The position numbers and the translations under genes are program-made. Under the pieces are notes generated by a model. That model saw nothing but the letters and a program-made list of their open reading frames with translations. It searched no databases and was not told the DNA's origin. From Berkelbacteria bacterium GW2011_GWE1_39_12 (GTDB lineage Bacteria > Patescibacteriota > UBA1384 > UBA12157), in the NCBI GenBank assembly GCA_001029735.1, contig CP011213.1:268087-332086 (forward strand): a DNA stretch of 64,000 nucleotides, written 5' to 3'. Each line of letters starts with the position of its first letter. Position 1 is the stretch's first letter. Of the stretch, positions 18,443 to 27,859 are shown in pieces.

Positions 18443-18757
18443 TTAAAGTCTTTCTTTCCAATATGCATCTCGGCTAGGAAGATACTTGGGCATTTCTTCA
18501 CTGACGATCGACTTTGACTTGGTTCTCCCTTGCCAAAGAATTATATCGGCAATGAAAAGTACTATCCAGCCCCAATACTCATACTGTGGAACGGGTTGCC
18601 AGCTAACCGGATATTCAGCAGGCATACTCTCAAGCTGGAGGAAACATCCAACTAACAAAAGAGTTGTACCAAACCAAAAACCAAAACCGCAATCCTTTTT
18701 ACGCTCAATTCTTACAATAAATAGCATTAATGCCATAAACGTTAGGAAAATGAACAT
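18443..18757 (-). CDS. hypothetical membrane protein (3 TM), GC-rich island
   Basis: ORF with hydrophobic segments. Hairpin aaggactaac/gttagtcctt at 18391-18418 just 3' of it. Confidence 0.45.
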   Translation of the reverse strand: MFIFLTFMALMLFIVRIERKKDCGFGFWFGTTLLLVGCFLQLESMPAEYPVSWQPVPQYEYWGWIVLFIADIILWQGRTKSKSIVSEEMPKYLPSRDAYWKERL

Positions 18758-19100
18758 ACCCTACCCCCATCGCTTTTTCGATTTCCCACCCTGGAAAACA
18801 CCTAACTTTGCAGCCGTTCTCCAGGTTGGGAATTCGATTTTTAAGGTTCAAAACTATACAGTATAACACATCTATTGCCAAAAGTCAAGTCTTATAACAG
18901 GTTCATTTTGGGCTTTTTTAGCCTAAGTGTCAATAGCCAGGAAAATGCTGATTTTTTCCCTCAATAATTGCTTTTTTTAGCGAGGGATTATATGATTAAA
19001 CTGTACATTATTAAGGAGTTAAACGAAAGCAAAAAGAGACTAAAATGTCCTGAAAAATTAGCTTTAATCTTTTTAGCTTTCAACCCACAAGGAGGTTTTT

Positions 19101-19994
19101 ATGGCTTACAATCCGCTTCGAGTAACGCTTTCCAACATTATCCCGCTTACGGAAGCAAGGGATCATTTTTCGCAGATCGTAAATGAAGTTCAGAAAGACA
19201 AGCTTTATGTTTTAACCAAGGGCGGTAAGCCGGCTGTGGCAATTGTTGATGTTAAATATTTAGAACAAATCACCGGCGGCAATGTAAACACCAGTCATGT
19301 TGAACAAGAAATTCAAAAGAACCCGGCTAAAGTTGGCCGACCTGAAATGTTAAAACACGAGCCAACGAGGACAACATCTACACCTTCAGTTTCATCGTTC
19401 ACCCCAACGCCGCAAAATACTCCACTATCTTCGTCAGTTACTCATCCAACTCCACCTGCTCCACCAAAACCTTTTACTCCACCACCGGTACGACCAAAAC
19501 CCTTTACGCCGCCGCCAATGCCGCCGAAACCGGCTCCGATGCCACTAACACCGCCAATTGAACATCATGAAGCACCTAAACCAGAATTTCATCCTAATCC
19601 CCCACAAACACCAGTATCGTCTCCAACCGCACCACTTAGTTCATTTCCTTCCACTCCTCCTGTTCCAAGCCAAGTTATTTCACCTAAACCAGTCGAAAAG
19701 CCTGCAGAGAATAATACAACTTTAAAAATGCCACCGGTTGTTAATAATGCAATTCCTACTTCCCCAATAGACAAATCGTCAACAACTATGGCTACCAAGC
19801 CTGAGATTATGGCTACTAAGCCTACGACTATGATTGATGTTCACACTATTGACGACGAAGAGGAAGAGGACAAAGACACTTCGCGCAGTGACAATAGTCG
19901 AGTCGAACCAGACGATAAGCCAAACCCGGCTCAATACTCAGGCGGTTCAGCGGTTTCTGGTCATCCAGAACCAGATGACATGCTGATCGATTAG
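19101..19994 (+). CDS. Phd/YefM-like antitoxin-fold N-domain fused to a long Pro/Thr/Ser-rich repetitive tail
   Basis: AAGGAGG RBS. N-terminus ..LTEARDHFSQIVNEV.KD.LYVLTKGGKPAVAIVDVKYLEQI matches YefM/Phd. Tail contains PPKPFTPPPVRPKPFTPPPMPPKPAP repeats and ends acidic (DDEEEEDKD). Confidence 0.6.
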   Translation: MAYNPLRVTLSNIIPLTEARDHFSQIVNEVQKDKLYVLTKGGKPAVAIVDVKYLEQITGGNVNTSHVEQEIQKNPAKVGRPEMLKHEPTRTTSTPSVSSFTPTPQNTPLSSSVTHPTPPAPPKPFTPPPVRPKPFTPPPMPPKPAPMPLTPPIEHHEAPKPEFHPNPPQTPVSSPTAPLSSFPSTPPVPSQVISPKPVEKPAENNTTLKMPPVVNNAIPTSPIDKSSTTMATKPEIMATKPTTMIDVHTIDDEEEEDKDTSRSDNSRVEPDDKPNPAQYSGGSAVSGHPEPDDMLID

Positions 19995-20022
19995 ATCAGA
20001 TAAGCTGATCGATAATTAATAT

Positions 20023-20049
20023 CAAAAAACCGGATTTCTCCGGTTTTTT
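20023..20049. terminator. bidirectional intrinsic terminator aaaaaa-ccggatttctccgg-tttttt between convergent genes
   Basis: Read directly. Confidence 0.6.
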
Positions 20050-20062
20050 GATAAACAATTAT

Positions 20063-20680
20063 TTACTGAGAGCGTTGTTTTAAATGTCTTCTAACGTACC
20101 AAACTATGCCGACAATAATTAAGGTGAGAATAACCCAATCCAACCCATGAAAATAACCACGAAGACTTTCCCAATTATCGCCTAATTCTTTACCAAAGTA
20201 AGCCAAGGCTAAGGACCACGGGAGAGAACCTAGAAACGAGTAAAGAAGAAATCGGCCAAAATGCATGCGTGAAATACCGGCCGGGAAAGAGATAAATGTT
20301 CGTATAACCGGAAGAAGCCGACCGACAAAAACCGTCATCTCGCCTCTTCTTTTAAACCAGCCGTCGGCCAAATCTAAATCATGATGAGAAATCAAAATAT
20401 ATTTACCATATTTTTCAATTAAAGGTCTGCCGCCAACTGCGCCAACCCAATAAGATAACGCCGAACCCCAGGCGCAGCCGACTGCTCCGGCGAGTCCCAC
20501 CAACCACAAATTCAATTCTCCTTTAGAAACCAAAAAACCGGCAAAAGGCATAATTATTTCGCTTGGCAAAGGAATATTAGCTGATTCGATTCCCATCAAC
20601 AGAACAACACCGCCATAGCCTAAGCTCGAAATTACTGACATAATCCAAGATGCAACCGCTCCTAATATCGCTGAAGCCAT
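20063..20680 (-). CDS. DedA/TVP38 family membrane protein
   Basis: ...VFVGRLLPVIRTFISFPAGISRM.F..F...S.LGS.PW motif characteristic of DedA. Confidence 0.8.
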   Translation of the reverse strand: MASAILGAVASWIMSVISSLGYGGVVLLMGIESANIPLPSEIIMPFAGFLVSKGELNLWLVGLAGAVGCAWGSALSYWVGAVGGRPLIEKYGKYILISHHDLDLADGWFKRRGEMTVFVGRLLPVIRTFISFPAGISRMHFGRFLLYSFLGSLPWSLALAYFGKELGDNWESLRGYFHGLDWVILTLIIVGIVWYVRRHLKQRSQ

Positions 20681-20692
20681 GAAAAACCTCCT

Positions 20693-21313
20693 TTAAAAAT
20701 ATTTAAAACCCCAAAAAACTACGGCAGTTAATATAAAAGCGAGTAGTGATCCTGCCAACGCTTGTAAGATAGTGTGTTTTTTTCGATGCACTCTGGACCA
20801 AGCCAACGGAAGAAGCAAAAAGTAAAACCAAGCAAAATTATATCCGAACAAGATTACAGCGACCGTAATAATAGAGGTCAATAGCGCCATGTGAATACTG
20901 ATTTTCCAATAGGCAGTAATAACAGCTACAGCCAAGGCATTAACAGCATAAGTTACAGCCATAACGATCACTGGACGGGCAGCGCCTAAAATAATTAATA
21001 ATACTGCGCCAATCGTTGAAGAAATCCCGGCAATTAAGAAAGGTATTTTTCGCTCATTCCTATCTGAAATATGAATGTCGTGAATTTTTTCTGTTTCCAT
21101 AAGCCATAAAACATATATTCCAGGGATGATGATGCCAAAAACTAGGAAGGTTAAAACCCAGGGTAAAAACTGCGAAAGATTTTGTGAATAGTTATAAGTT
21201 AATAACACTACAAAAAGAACAGCTACGACATATGGGCTAAAAATCGCCGAAATGCCAAAGGCAAGGAAATCTTCCCAAGTTTTAAATTGTTTACCTTTAA
21301 CGTTTTCTTTCAT
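20693..21313 (-). CDS. hypothetical polytopic membrane protein
   Basis: Six or so TM helices, no recognised motif. Sits between the DedA and PAP2 genes on the same strand. Confidence 0.5.
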   Translation of the reverse strand: MKENVKGKQFKTWEDFLAFGISAIFSPYVVAVLFVVLLTYNYSQNLSQFLPWVLTFLVFGIIIPGIYVLWLMETEKIHDIHISDRNERKIPFLIAGISSTIGAVLLIILGAARPVIVMAVTYAVNALAVAVITAYWKISIHMALLTSIITVAVILFGYNFAWFYFLLLPLAWSRVHRKKHTILQALAGSLLAFILTAVVFWGFKYF

Positions 21314-21319
21314 GATATC

Positions 21320-21883
21320 CTACGCCAATCTAATTTTTTTGGCGATATTGATTAACCAGTTATAGGCTACATCCAAATATTCATCAAGTAATTTAATTAT
21401 CCAAGCGGAAAGAAGTCCAACTACAACACCGGCTAAAATATCTGTTGGCCAGTGAATACCGGTTGCGACTCGGAAAAAACAAGTAACCGCAGCAATTGCA
21501 AACATTGCATAAGAAAGCTTTTTGTAACCGGACAGATAAAATGACATCGCAACAGCAAACAACGCAGCTGCGTGATCTGACGGAAAAGAAACCGTTGGAC
21601 GGTGAAAAATCAATTCCTGAACGCCTCCGGAATTAAACGGTCTGTCCCGATTAACCAACTTGCCGATCGTTGACGCTAAAATTGGCCAGGCTAAAATCAC
21701 CGAAAAACCGGCTCTTAATGCCACTTTCTTCGCATTTTCCGGCCAAAACCACAGAGCGATCAAAATCAATGGTAAAGAATAAGTTAAATATTCGGCAAGA
21801 AATTTATTTAAAAAGCCCCAATTAGCAAAAATATGATTCAATTTTAATAAAACTTTCAAATCTAAACTTTGGATCTTATCCAC
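21320..21883 (-). CDS. PAP2-family phosphatase (undecaprenyl-diphosphatase/BcrC-like)
   Basis: KLVNRDRP, SFPSDHAA and GIHWPTDILAG motifs of the PAP2 superfamily. Confidence 0.8.
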   Translation of the reverse strand: MDKIQSLDLKVLLKLNHIFANWGFLNKFLAEYLTYSLPLILIALWFWPENAKKVALRAGFSVILAWPILASTIGKLVNRDRPFNSGGVQELIFHRPTVSFPSDHAAALFAVAMSFYLSGYKKLSYAMFAIAAVTCFFRVATGIHWPTDILAGVVVGLLSAWIIKLLDEYLDVAYNWLINIAKKIRLA

Positions 21884-21922
21884 AAAAGCTCCTTTTCTTT
21901 ACTTTATCAACAATCTTTCTTT

Positions 21923-21952
21923 TTGACAATCAGACTCCATGCGTCGTAAAAT
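21923..21952 (+). promoter_or_regulatory. sigma70-like promoter TTGACA-N18-TAAAAT upstream of the recombinase gene
   Basis: Read directly. Divergent intergenic region. Confidence 0.4.
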
Positions 21953-22056
21953 AAGCATTGAGCAACACTTTTTACAAATTGTCGCTAAACACCCTTGGAT
22001 TTTGCAACGCAATTAATATTTCATCGCAAAATCCAAGCCAATTAAAGGAGGGTTTT

Positions 22057-22995
22057 ATGACTATCTCGTCTAGCATTATCGATTTTTTAGAATATATGGA
22101 AATTGAAAAAGGGCGGTCTCTCGCCTCGGTCAAAAACTACGACCGTTATTTAAGAGATTTTGCGGGTTTTGCCAAGCAAAACGAAATTATAGACCCAGAA
22201 AAAATTGATCAGGATATTGTCCGAAAATATCGACTTAACCTAAATCGTAAAGAAAAAGTAATCTCTAAAAAAACTCAGAATTATTATTTAATCGCACTCA
22301 GATCTTATTTAAAATTTTTAAACCGCCGAGGCATTAAAAGTTTGGATGCCAATCAAATTGAGTTGGCTAAAAGCGATGGTCGACAAATAACATTTTTAGA
22401 GGTAGATGAACTTGATAATTTACTTTCAAAGCCTGACTTGAGTACAATTCAAGGTGTTCGCGATAAGGCAATTTTAACTCTACTCTTTTCTACCGGGCTA
22501 CGTGTTTCAGAAGTCGCCAATTTAAAAAAAGATGATATCAATTTGGAAAAAAAGGAATTTTCGGTTAAAGGCAAAGGCGGCAAGGTTCGCGTAGTTTTTA
22601 TGGATGAAATTGCTCGCCAAGCTTTAAAAAAATATGTCGCTGTGCGACACGACCCATCTGACTATTTATTTATTGGTTATGGCCACACTAATCATCCCAA
22701 CGATAATATTGTTGCAAAAGAAGAACGAATTACGTCCCGTTCGATTCAAAGAATGATAAAAAAATATGCCGCCGAAGCTGTCATAACTAAAGATGTGACG
22801 CCTCATGTTTTGCGCCATAGTTTTGCTACTGACCTTTTAATGAATGGGGCCGACTTACGCGCAGTTCAATCACTGCTAGGCCATTCATCAATCACAACAA
22901 CACAAATTTATACCCATGTTACCGATCAACATCTGCAAGATGTGCATGAAGCTTTTCATGGTAAACGCCAAAACCATCAACAGGAAGACGATTAA
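22057..22995 (+). CDS. tyrosine site-specific recombinase XerC/XerD family
   Basis: AAAGGAGGG RBS. C-terminal HVLRHSFATDLLMNGADLRAVQSLLGHSSITTTQIYTHV with catalytic R..H..R..Y pattern. Likely chromosomal dimer-resolution Xer, since there is no adjacent mobile gene content. Confidence 0.85.
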   Translation: MTISSSIIDFLEYMEIEKGRSLASVKNYDRYLRDFAGFAKQNEIIDPEKIDQDIVRKYRLNLNRKEKVISKKTQNYYLIALRSYLKFLNRRGIKSLDANQIELAKSDGRQITFLEVDELDNLLSKPDLSTIQGVRDKAILTLLFSTGLRVSEVANLKKDDINLEKKEFSVKGKGGKVRVVFMDEIARQALKKYVAVRHDPSDYLFIGYGHTNHPNDNIVAKEERITSRSIQRMIKKYAAEAVITKDVTPHVLRHSFATDLLMNGADLRAVQSLLGHSSITTTQIYTHVTDQHLQDVHEAFHGKRQNHQQEDD

Positions 22996-23258
22996 GTTTT
23001 TGGATGATTTCGATAGAAATCAGCGATTATGTCTTCGGCAGTCTTAACATGCGGCTTAGGTTTTTTCGCTTCTTCTTCCAACACTTCATCCAATTTTTTG
23101 TCTCTTGCTTCTACTGTTTCTTCTAAAAACACATCCATTTCAACTTCATTTGACTTTGGTTTGCGCACCAATTTCTTTTCATCTTCCGCTTCCATTTGAG
23201 CACGCCAAACTGGATCCTCTTCAAAACCAAAAGCTGGTTGTCCGTTTTCTCTTGACAT
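22992..23258 (-). CDS. hypothetical acidic protein (88 aa)
   Basis: ORF overlapping the xer stop by 4 nt. Low-complexity E/K-rich. Confidence 0.45.
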   Translation of the reverse strand: MSRENGQPAFGFEEDPVWRAQMEAEDEKKLVRKPKSNEVEMDVFLEETVEARDKKLDEVLEEEAKKPKPHVKTAEDIIADFYRNHPKT

Positions 23259-23321
23259 ATTTTACTCCTTGAGTTTAATATAACATGTATTTTTCCCCAA
23301 AAAAACGATCTATTTCCATTT

Positions 23322-23342
23322 AAAAAGGGCGCCGAACGCCCT
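23322..23342 (-). terminator. hairpin gggcg-ccgaa-cgccc preceded by A5 (U-tract on minus)
   Basis: 3' of the RsbW-like gene. Confidence 0.5.
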
Positions 23343-23357
23343 GCAGTACTATTAGAT

Positions 23358-23810
23358 TTAGATTGTAAGATTAGCCGCAAAGATATGGCCAATTTGTGCC
23401 TCTGAGTAATCAGCGAGATTAAGAAGAATCGTTCTCCCCATCCCACCGTTTTCACAGTCGACTGGGCGCTCAGGTAGCTTAGGTTCCTTCTCAACTTGTT
23501 CATAAGCCGTATTACTCACTGTAACTGTATAATGATTTTCGACAATAGAAATGACTACAATTACCAAACCAAATCCATGCCGAAATGCATTTGTCACAAC
23601 TTCACCGATTGCAATTTCTGTAAACTGGTTCTCGAAAGGACCTAAGATTTGCTGAATACGCATCCTTACAGTATGAGAGCGTTTGTGATCCTTAGAATTA
23701 CGTTTTTCCCAATCCCGACGGATTGGGTAAACATAAACACCGTGATCATCTCTTGCAACTATAGAACCCCGAAAGAAGCCCCCTGTTCCTACGCTAGCAA
23801 GCATCTTCAT
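23358..23810 (-). CDS. RsbW/SpoIIAB-like anti-sigma factor (HATPase_c serine kinase)
   Basis: GEVVTNAFRHG (N-box) and ENGGMGRTIL (G-box) motifs. 150 aa. Confidence 0.65.
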   Translation of the reverse strand: MKMLASVGTGGFFRGSIVARDDHGVYVYPIRRDWEKRNSKDHKRSHTVRMRIQQILGPFENQFTEIAIGEVVTNAFRHGFGLVIVVISIVENHYTVTVSNTAYEQVEKEPKLPERPVDCENGGMGRTILLNLADYSEAQIGHIFAANLTI

Positions 23811-23885
23811 GCCTCCTATAAAGGTTCGTTCGGACTCTACATTAATAGTACTCTACTGCTTAGAAAATAAATATTTTGTCAAGAA

Positions 23886-23916
23886 TTTAAAAAGCGGCTC
23901 TCAGCGAGAAACCGCT
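23886..23916 (-). terminator. hairpin agcgg..ccgct + U-tract, 3' of the PRTase gene
   Basis: Read directly. Confidence 0.45.
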
Positions 23917-23973
23917 TGTATTTGACTGTTAGATAGTAGACTTGCCCTCCAAATATTCCTTGCCCTTACCGAC

Positions 23974-24675
23974 CTATTTGGTAATAGGAACGCCGTCTTT
24001 ACAAAGCGGACAATCCGCTGCTTCGTAGGATTCCATATCAACCTCAATTAGGTTAGTAAGGTTAGGGGCATCGATCATTTCAGCGGTCACCTTGCCGCAA
24101 TTTGTCATGCAGGCAGCGGCCACTACGATACCGCCAATCTTTTTGACAGCACTGATCACTTTGGCAATAGTGCCGCCAGTTGTCAAAATATCGTCGACAA
24201 CCAACACGCGTTTCCCGACAATCAGCTTGTCATAGCCTCGCTTGAAGATCATTGTCCCATCATCGATCAGGACAGTTTGGCCTGGCAATACTTCTGTCAC
24301 TTTCTTGGTGGCAGATCCTTGAGTGATGATGACGTGAGCGCCAGCTGCTCCTTTATAGAACGCCTGTAGATTCTTCTCAGCGAAAACCGCTAACACCTCT
24401 CGACCGTACTGATTTGAAAGGTGATAAGCGACCCACTGAGAAAGAATTACGCCGCCAACAGTTGGGCCAACGACCACATCTATGCTCTTGTCGTCCACTA
24501 TCGCGGCAATATATTGCCCCAGCTTGGCGATGTCGTGGGTATGCGGATACACCGCATCTTTGTTGACATAAATCTGACCATGTTTGCCAGATGTGTAAAC
24601 AACGTGCAATCCAACCATCATTGCCTTACACTTTTCCAAAATCTCTTCTGCTTTACCCCTGATTACACCTAACAA
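23974..24675 (-). CDS. phosphoribosyltransferase-domain protein (type I PRTase) with C-terminal CPLC
   Basis: VLVVDDILTTGGTIAKVI PRPP-binding motif. Start placed at a TTG preceded by AGGAGG (24675). ORF track extends to 24759. Confidence 0.65.
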   Translation of the reverse strand: MLGVIRGKAEEILEKCKAMMVGLHVVYTSGKHGQIYVNKDAVYPHTHDIAKLGQYIAAIVDDKSIDVVVGPTVGGVILSQWVAYHLSNQYGREVLAVFAEKNLQAFYKGAAGAHVIITQGSATKKVTEVLPGQTVLIDDGTMIFKRGYDKLIVGKRVLVVDDILTTGGTIAKVISAVKKIGGIVVAAACMTNCGKVTAEMIDAPNLTNLIEVDMESYEAADCPLCKDGVPITK

Positions 24676-24856
24676 TATTTTCCTCCTGCTCAGCGCGTTA
24701 AGAAATCTCCCCTTACTCACTGTTAGTGACAGATTAACATAGCAATAAGAAAATTCCAAGATTTACTCTTCAGTTAACCTCTTGACAAAAATTTGATTTC
24801 AGGTTTTTGTTTGCTACAATCGCTTTGTCCGGACTCTACTTTTTGGAGGATTTGAG

Positions 24857-25201
24857 ATGATAACGGGCATTACAGAAATAAGCGTAAGGGATATTGGGGA
24901 GCTTTTCTGCGTCGAGACTCACGAGAGCGATGTCGCCAACTACACTTACTACCTCTATGTCGGCATCGGTGCTGAACTGGTTTTTCAGCATCAGGACTAC
25001 AGAAGATATCACGAACCATTCAACTGTCGACCCAAAGAGGGCGACAGGAATTGGCCAATCGTCGTTGGCAAAGACCTACCCATTTTCACCGACGACAGTG
25101 GCAGGGAAGTTTTTTACAGGGGAAAGGTTTCTCAGATCACTCAACTCGAAAAGGGTGATGAAGCAGCCGTAAAAGACTGCCGGCTCTTTGACCGCATTTA
25201 G
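24857..25201 (+). CDS. hypothetical protein (114 aa)
   Basis: GGAGGA RBS before ATG. No family recognised. Followed by terminator. Confidence 0.55.
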   Translation: MITGITEISVRDIGELFCVETHESDVANYTYYLYVGIGAELVFQHQDYRRYHEPFNCRPKEGDRNWPIVVGKDLPIFTDDSGREVFYRGKVSQITQLEKGDEAAVKDCRLFDRI

Positions 25202-25233
25202 TGAGTCATTTTCCCCATTTGTCATTTTATCTC

Positions 25234-25256
25234 AACCGCCATCTGGCGGTTTTTTA
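25234..25256 (+). terminator. aaccgcca-tc-tggcggtt + T6
   Basis: Read directly. Confidence 0.6.
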
Positions 25257-25429
25257 ATATATATAGAGATCAATTATTCTTTCACTTCTTTGTAGAAAAA
25301 CACAAAAAAGCACTTTTATTATTATGTTACAATTTTTACTCGCAGCTTAACAATTTTTTGCAGTATAAGTTATCGTCTCTTGATGATAACCAATCTGTTT
25401 GCAAAGATTAGCTGCGGAAGGAGGATGAC

Positions 25430-26119
25430 ATGAAAAAGCGTCTGTTAGTTATTTTCTTGCTAATTCTATCCACTCCTCTTACTGCTGAAACGATCGACAT
25501 TGCAAAGATTCAACACGAAAATCACTTTAGCCAATCGGTCCGCCAAAGCGAAAATTATCAGATTTGGCGTAAAATGGGTCATTCCGCGCTAGCTGCTTGC
25601 CACCGAGGTGAGTTGAATTTTAATGCTAAACTTCTAGCCCAAGCCATTCAACACTGTGAACTTTCAGATATCTGCCCAGGTTTAAGTCTTCCGGAAACAC
25701 ATAAATATCTTGCAAAAGATTGTTACTATCAGTGTAAACAAGGGAAATTTATCGATAATGCCAGCAATCTTCAAAAATATATTCAAAAGCTTCACATTCC
25801 GCTGACCAAGATCGATCGGGATTTTAATCAAAAAGAGTTGGTGTTTTTCCTGTCCAGAGAAAAAGCGATCCCTCAATTGATTCAAGTTGAACCAAAAAAG
25901 CTTTCCAGTGAAGACGTCGTGAACTTCCTAATCGCCTTTTCTATTCCATCCTATATGTTTATACACGTTTTATGTAAATACGGGTTAAGCCGCAAAAACC
26001 GACGCCATGCCATAACTATATTGAAATATAACTTGAAAAGATGGGCTGAGCATAAATTTCATCATACCAACTGGCCAACCAGAGGAATTTATTTCCGAGT
26101 TTACCAACAGCTAGAATGA
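25430..26119 (+). CDS. hypothetical secreted protein (signal peptide MKKRLLVIFLLILSTPLTA)
   Basis: GGAAGGAGG RBS, N-terminal signal-like hydrophobic segment. Confidence 0.55.
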   Translation: MKKRLLVIFLLILSTPLTAETIDIAKIQHENHFSQSVRQSENYQIWRKMGHSALAACHRGELNFNAKLLAQAIQHCELSDICPGLSLPETHKYLAKDCYYQCKQGKFIDNASNLQKYIQKLHIPLTKIDRDFNQKELVFFLSREKAIPQLIQVEPKKLSSEDVVNFLIAFSIPSYMFIHVLCKYGLSRKNRRHAITILKYNLKRWAEHKFHHTNWPTRGIYFRVYQQLE

Positions 26120-26133
26120 TAATAGGAGGATCT

Positions 26134-26520
26134 ATGCAAATCCTGATTATTGAAGATAAAAAGTCAAAACTTAGATTAATGAAAGACATATTTGAGAATG
26201 AAATTGGAGTTCCTGCTAATGAAATATCTGTCGCGCTAAATTTAGAAAGCGCAAAAAGAATCATCAGTGAACATTTCGCTTCTCTAAAAATCATTGTCTT
26301 CGACGGCAGAGTCCCACTATCAGAGCTAAATTACGAGCTGGTAACCACAATCGCATTAGTTGAGGAAACCGCCAAAAATGGCTTTCTCGGACTAATGATA
26401 GCCAATTCAGGCGATCTTAATAACTCCCTTCTAGTGGCTGGCTGCAATATCGCTTTCGATTCCGTCATGTTCGACACTTTTAGCATATTTTTGCAGACCA
26501 TCAAAGACTCCTTAGCATAA
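26134..26520 (+). CDS. stand-alone receiver (REC/CheY-like) domain protein, degenerate
   Basis: TAGGAGGA RBS. ILIIEDKK...IIVFDGRVP resembles the REC fold but lacks a clear output domain. Confidence 0.4.
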   Translation: MQILIIEDKKSKLRLMKDIFENEIGVPANEISVALNLESAKRIISEHFASLKIIVFDGRVPLSELNYELVTTIALVEETAKNGFLGLMIANSGDLNNSLLVAGCNIAFDSVMFDTFSIFLQTIKDSLA

Positions 26521-26539
26521 CCATCCCGCCGGCGCATAA

Positions 26540-26557
26540 CCGCTTCGGCGGTTTTTT
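26540..26557 (+). terminator. ccgcttcggcgg + T6
   Basis: Read directly. Confidence 0.6.
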
Positions 26558-26584
26558 AATCTTTTTCGAATGTTGGTTAACTGG

Positions 26585-26613
26585 TTGAAAAACTTTAATT
26601 TAAAGAATATAAT
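26585..26613 (+). promoter_or_regulatory. sigma70 promoter TTGAAA-N17-TATAAT upstream of ychF
   Basis: Read directly. -10 ends 6 nt before the ATG region. Confidence 0.5.
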
Positions 26614-26619
26614 GACTTT

Positions 26620-27735
26620 ATGAGCCTATCCATTGGCATTGTGGGTCTACCAAACGTGGGTAAATCCACTTTATTTAATGCCTTAGTCAAAAATTCGCAG
26701 GCGCAAGCCGCCAATTATCCATTTTGTACCATCGACCCAAACGTCGGTGTAGTTGAAGTACCTGATAAAAGGCTAAAAGTTTTAAGCGATATTTCTCACT
26801 CGGCCCAGATTGTTCCAGCCATTGTAGAATTCGTCGATATCGCCGGATTAGTTGCCGGCGCTTCCAAAGGCGAAGGCTTGGGCAATAAATTTTTAGCTAA
26901 TATCCGTGAAACCGACGCCATCTGCGAAGTCGTTCGAGTTTTCGAAGACGAAAAAATCGTTCATGTGGCCAATAAAATTGACCCAATTTCCGATATCAAA
27001 GTTATTGAAACAGAACTAGCAATTAAAGATCTAGAAACTGTTGAGAAACGGTTACAATCTTTGGAGAAAGACAAACGAGCTGGCAACAAAGAAGCGATCA
27101 AACAATCTGAGATCTTAAATAAGATCAAAGTCTTGCTTGACGAGGGCAGGATGGCTCGAGAAACTAATTTAGATGAGGATGATGCTGCAGCTATCAAGGA
27201 ACTCGGCCTTCTGACCCTAAAACCGGTTTTCTATGTTTTTAATGTTTCTGAAAAACAACTCGCTAATCCGGTCATTGCGAGTGAAACGAAGCAATCGATT
27301 GAAAAGATCGCCGCGGCCTCCGGCCTCGCGATGACAAATATTATTATTTTATGCACCAAAATTGAAGCCGAGTTAAATGAATTATCGGATGAAGAAAAGC
27401 AAGAATATTTAAACGAATTAGGCATTGAACATTCAGGCATGGAAGTACTCGCCCAAAAAGCTTATGATGTTTTGAATTTACAAACCTATCTAACCTCTGG
27501 TGAGAAAGAAACTCGCGCTTGGACAATTAAAAAAGGTGCCACTGCACCTCAAGCTGCCGGCGTTATCCATGGAGATTTTGAACGCGGCTTTATTGCGGCT
27601 GATATCGTCAAATACGACGATTTTGTCGCTAATAATGGCTGGGCCGGCGCTAAAGAAAAAGGGTTGGTCAAAACCCAAGGTAAGGACTATATCGTTCAAG
27701 ATGGTGATATCGTAATCTTTAAGTTCAATGTTTAA
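26620..27735 (+). CDS. ychF: ribosome-binding ATPase YchF (Obg family)
   Basis: [19 protein letters not shown]-loop, coiled-coil insert, C-terminal TGS domain. 371 aa. Confidence 0.9.
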   Translation: MSLSIGIVGLPNVGKSTLFNALVKNSQAQAANYPFCTIDPNVGVVEVPDKRLKVLSDISHSAQIVPAIVEFVDIAGLVAGASKGEGLGNKFLANIRETDAICEVVRVFEDEKIVHVANKIDPISDIKVIETELAIKDLETVEKRLQSLEKDKRAGNKEAIKQSEILNKIKVLLDEGRMARETNLDEDDAAAIKELGLLTLKPVFYVFNVSEKQLANPVIASETKQSIEKIAAASGLAMTNIIILCTKIEAELNELSDEEKQEYLNELGIEHSGMEVLAQKAYDVLNLQTYLTSGEKETRAWTIKKGATAPQAAGVIHGDFERGFIAADIVKYDDFVANNGWAGAKEKGLVKTQGKDYIVQDGDIVIFKFNV

Positions 27736-27816
27736 ATGATGCAATCCGCCAGCTGGCGGAGGCGGCGTCGTTCTATTCAAATTTAACGTTTAAGTACTCA
27801 AACCTGTAAACACGCC

Positions 27817-27845
27817 TTGATTTTTGCACTCTTGAGGTTTAATAT
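27817..27845 (+). promoter_or_regulatory. sigma70-like promoter TTGATT-N17-TAATAT
   Basis: Read directly upstream of the 27860 gene. Confidence 0.35.
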
Positions 27846-27859
27846 GTTGACATAAGGGG

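Noticed and set aside
21958-22056. N-terminal 33-aa extension of the recombinase ORF
   Set aside because: The AAAGGAGGG RBS sits directly before the internal ATG at 22057. The extension would include the promoter region.
22057-22995. Xer-type recombinase as marker of an integrated element
   Set aside because: There are no flanking direct repeats, cargo or phage genes. The neighbours are DedA/PAP2 housekeeping membrane genes, consistent with chromosomal XerC/D.
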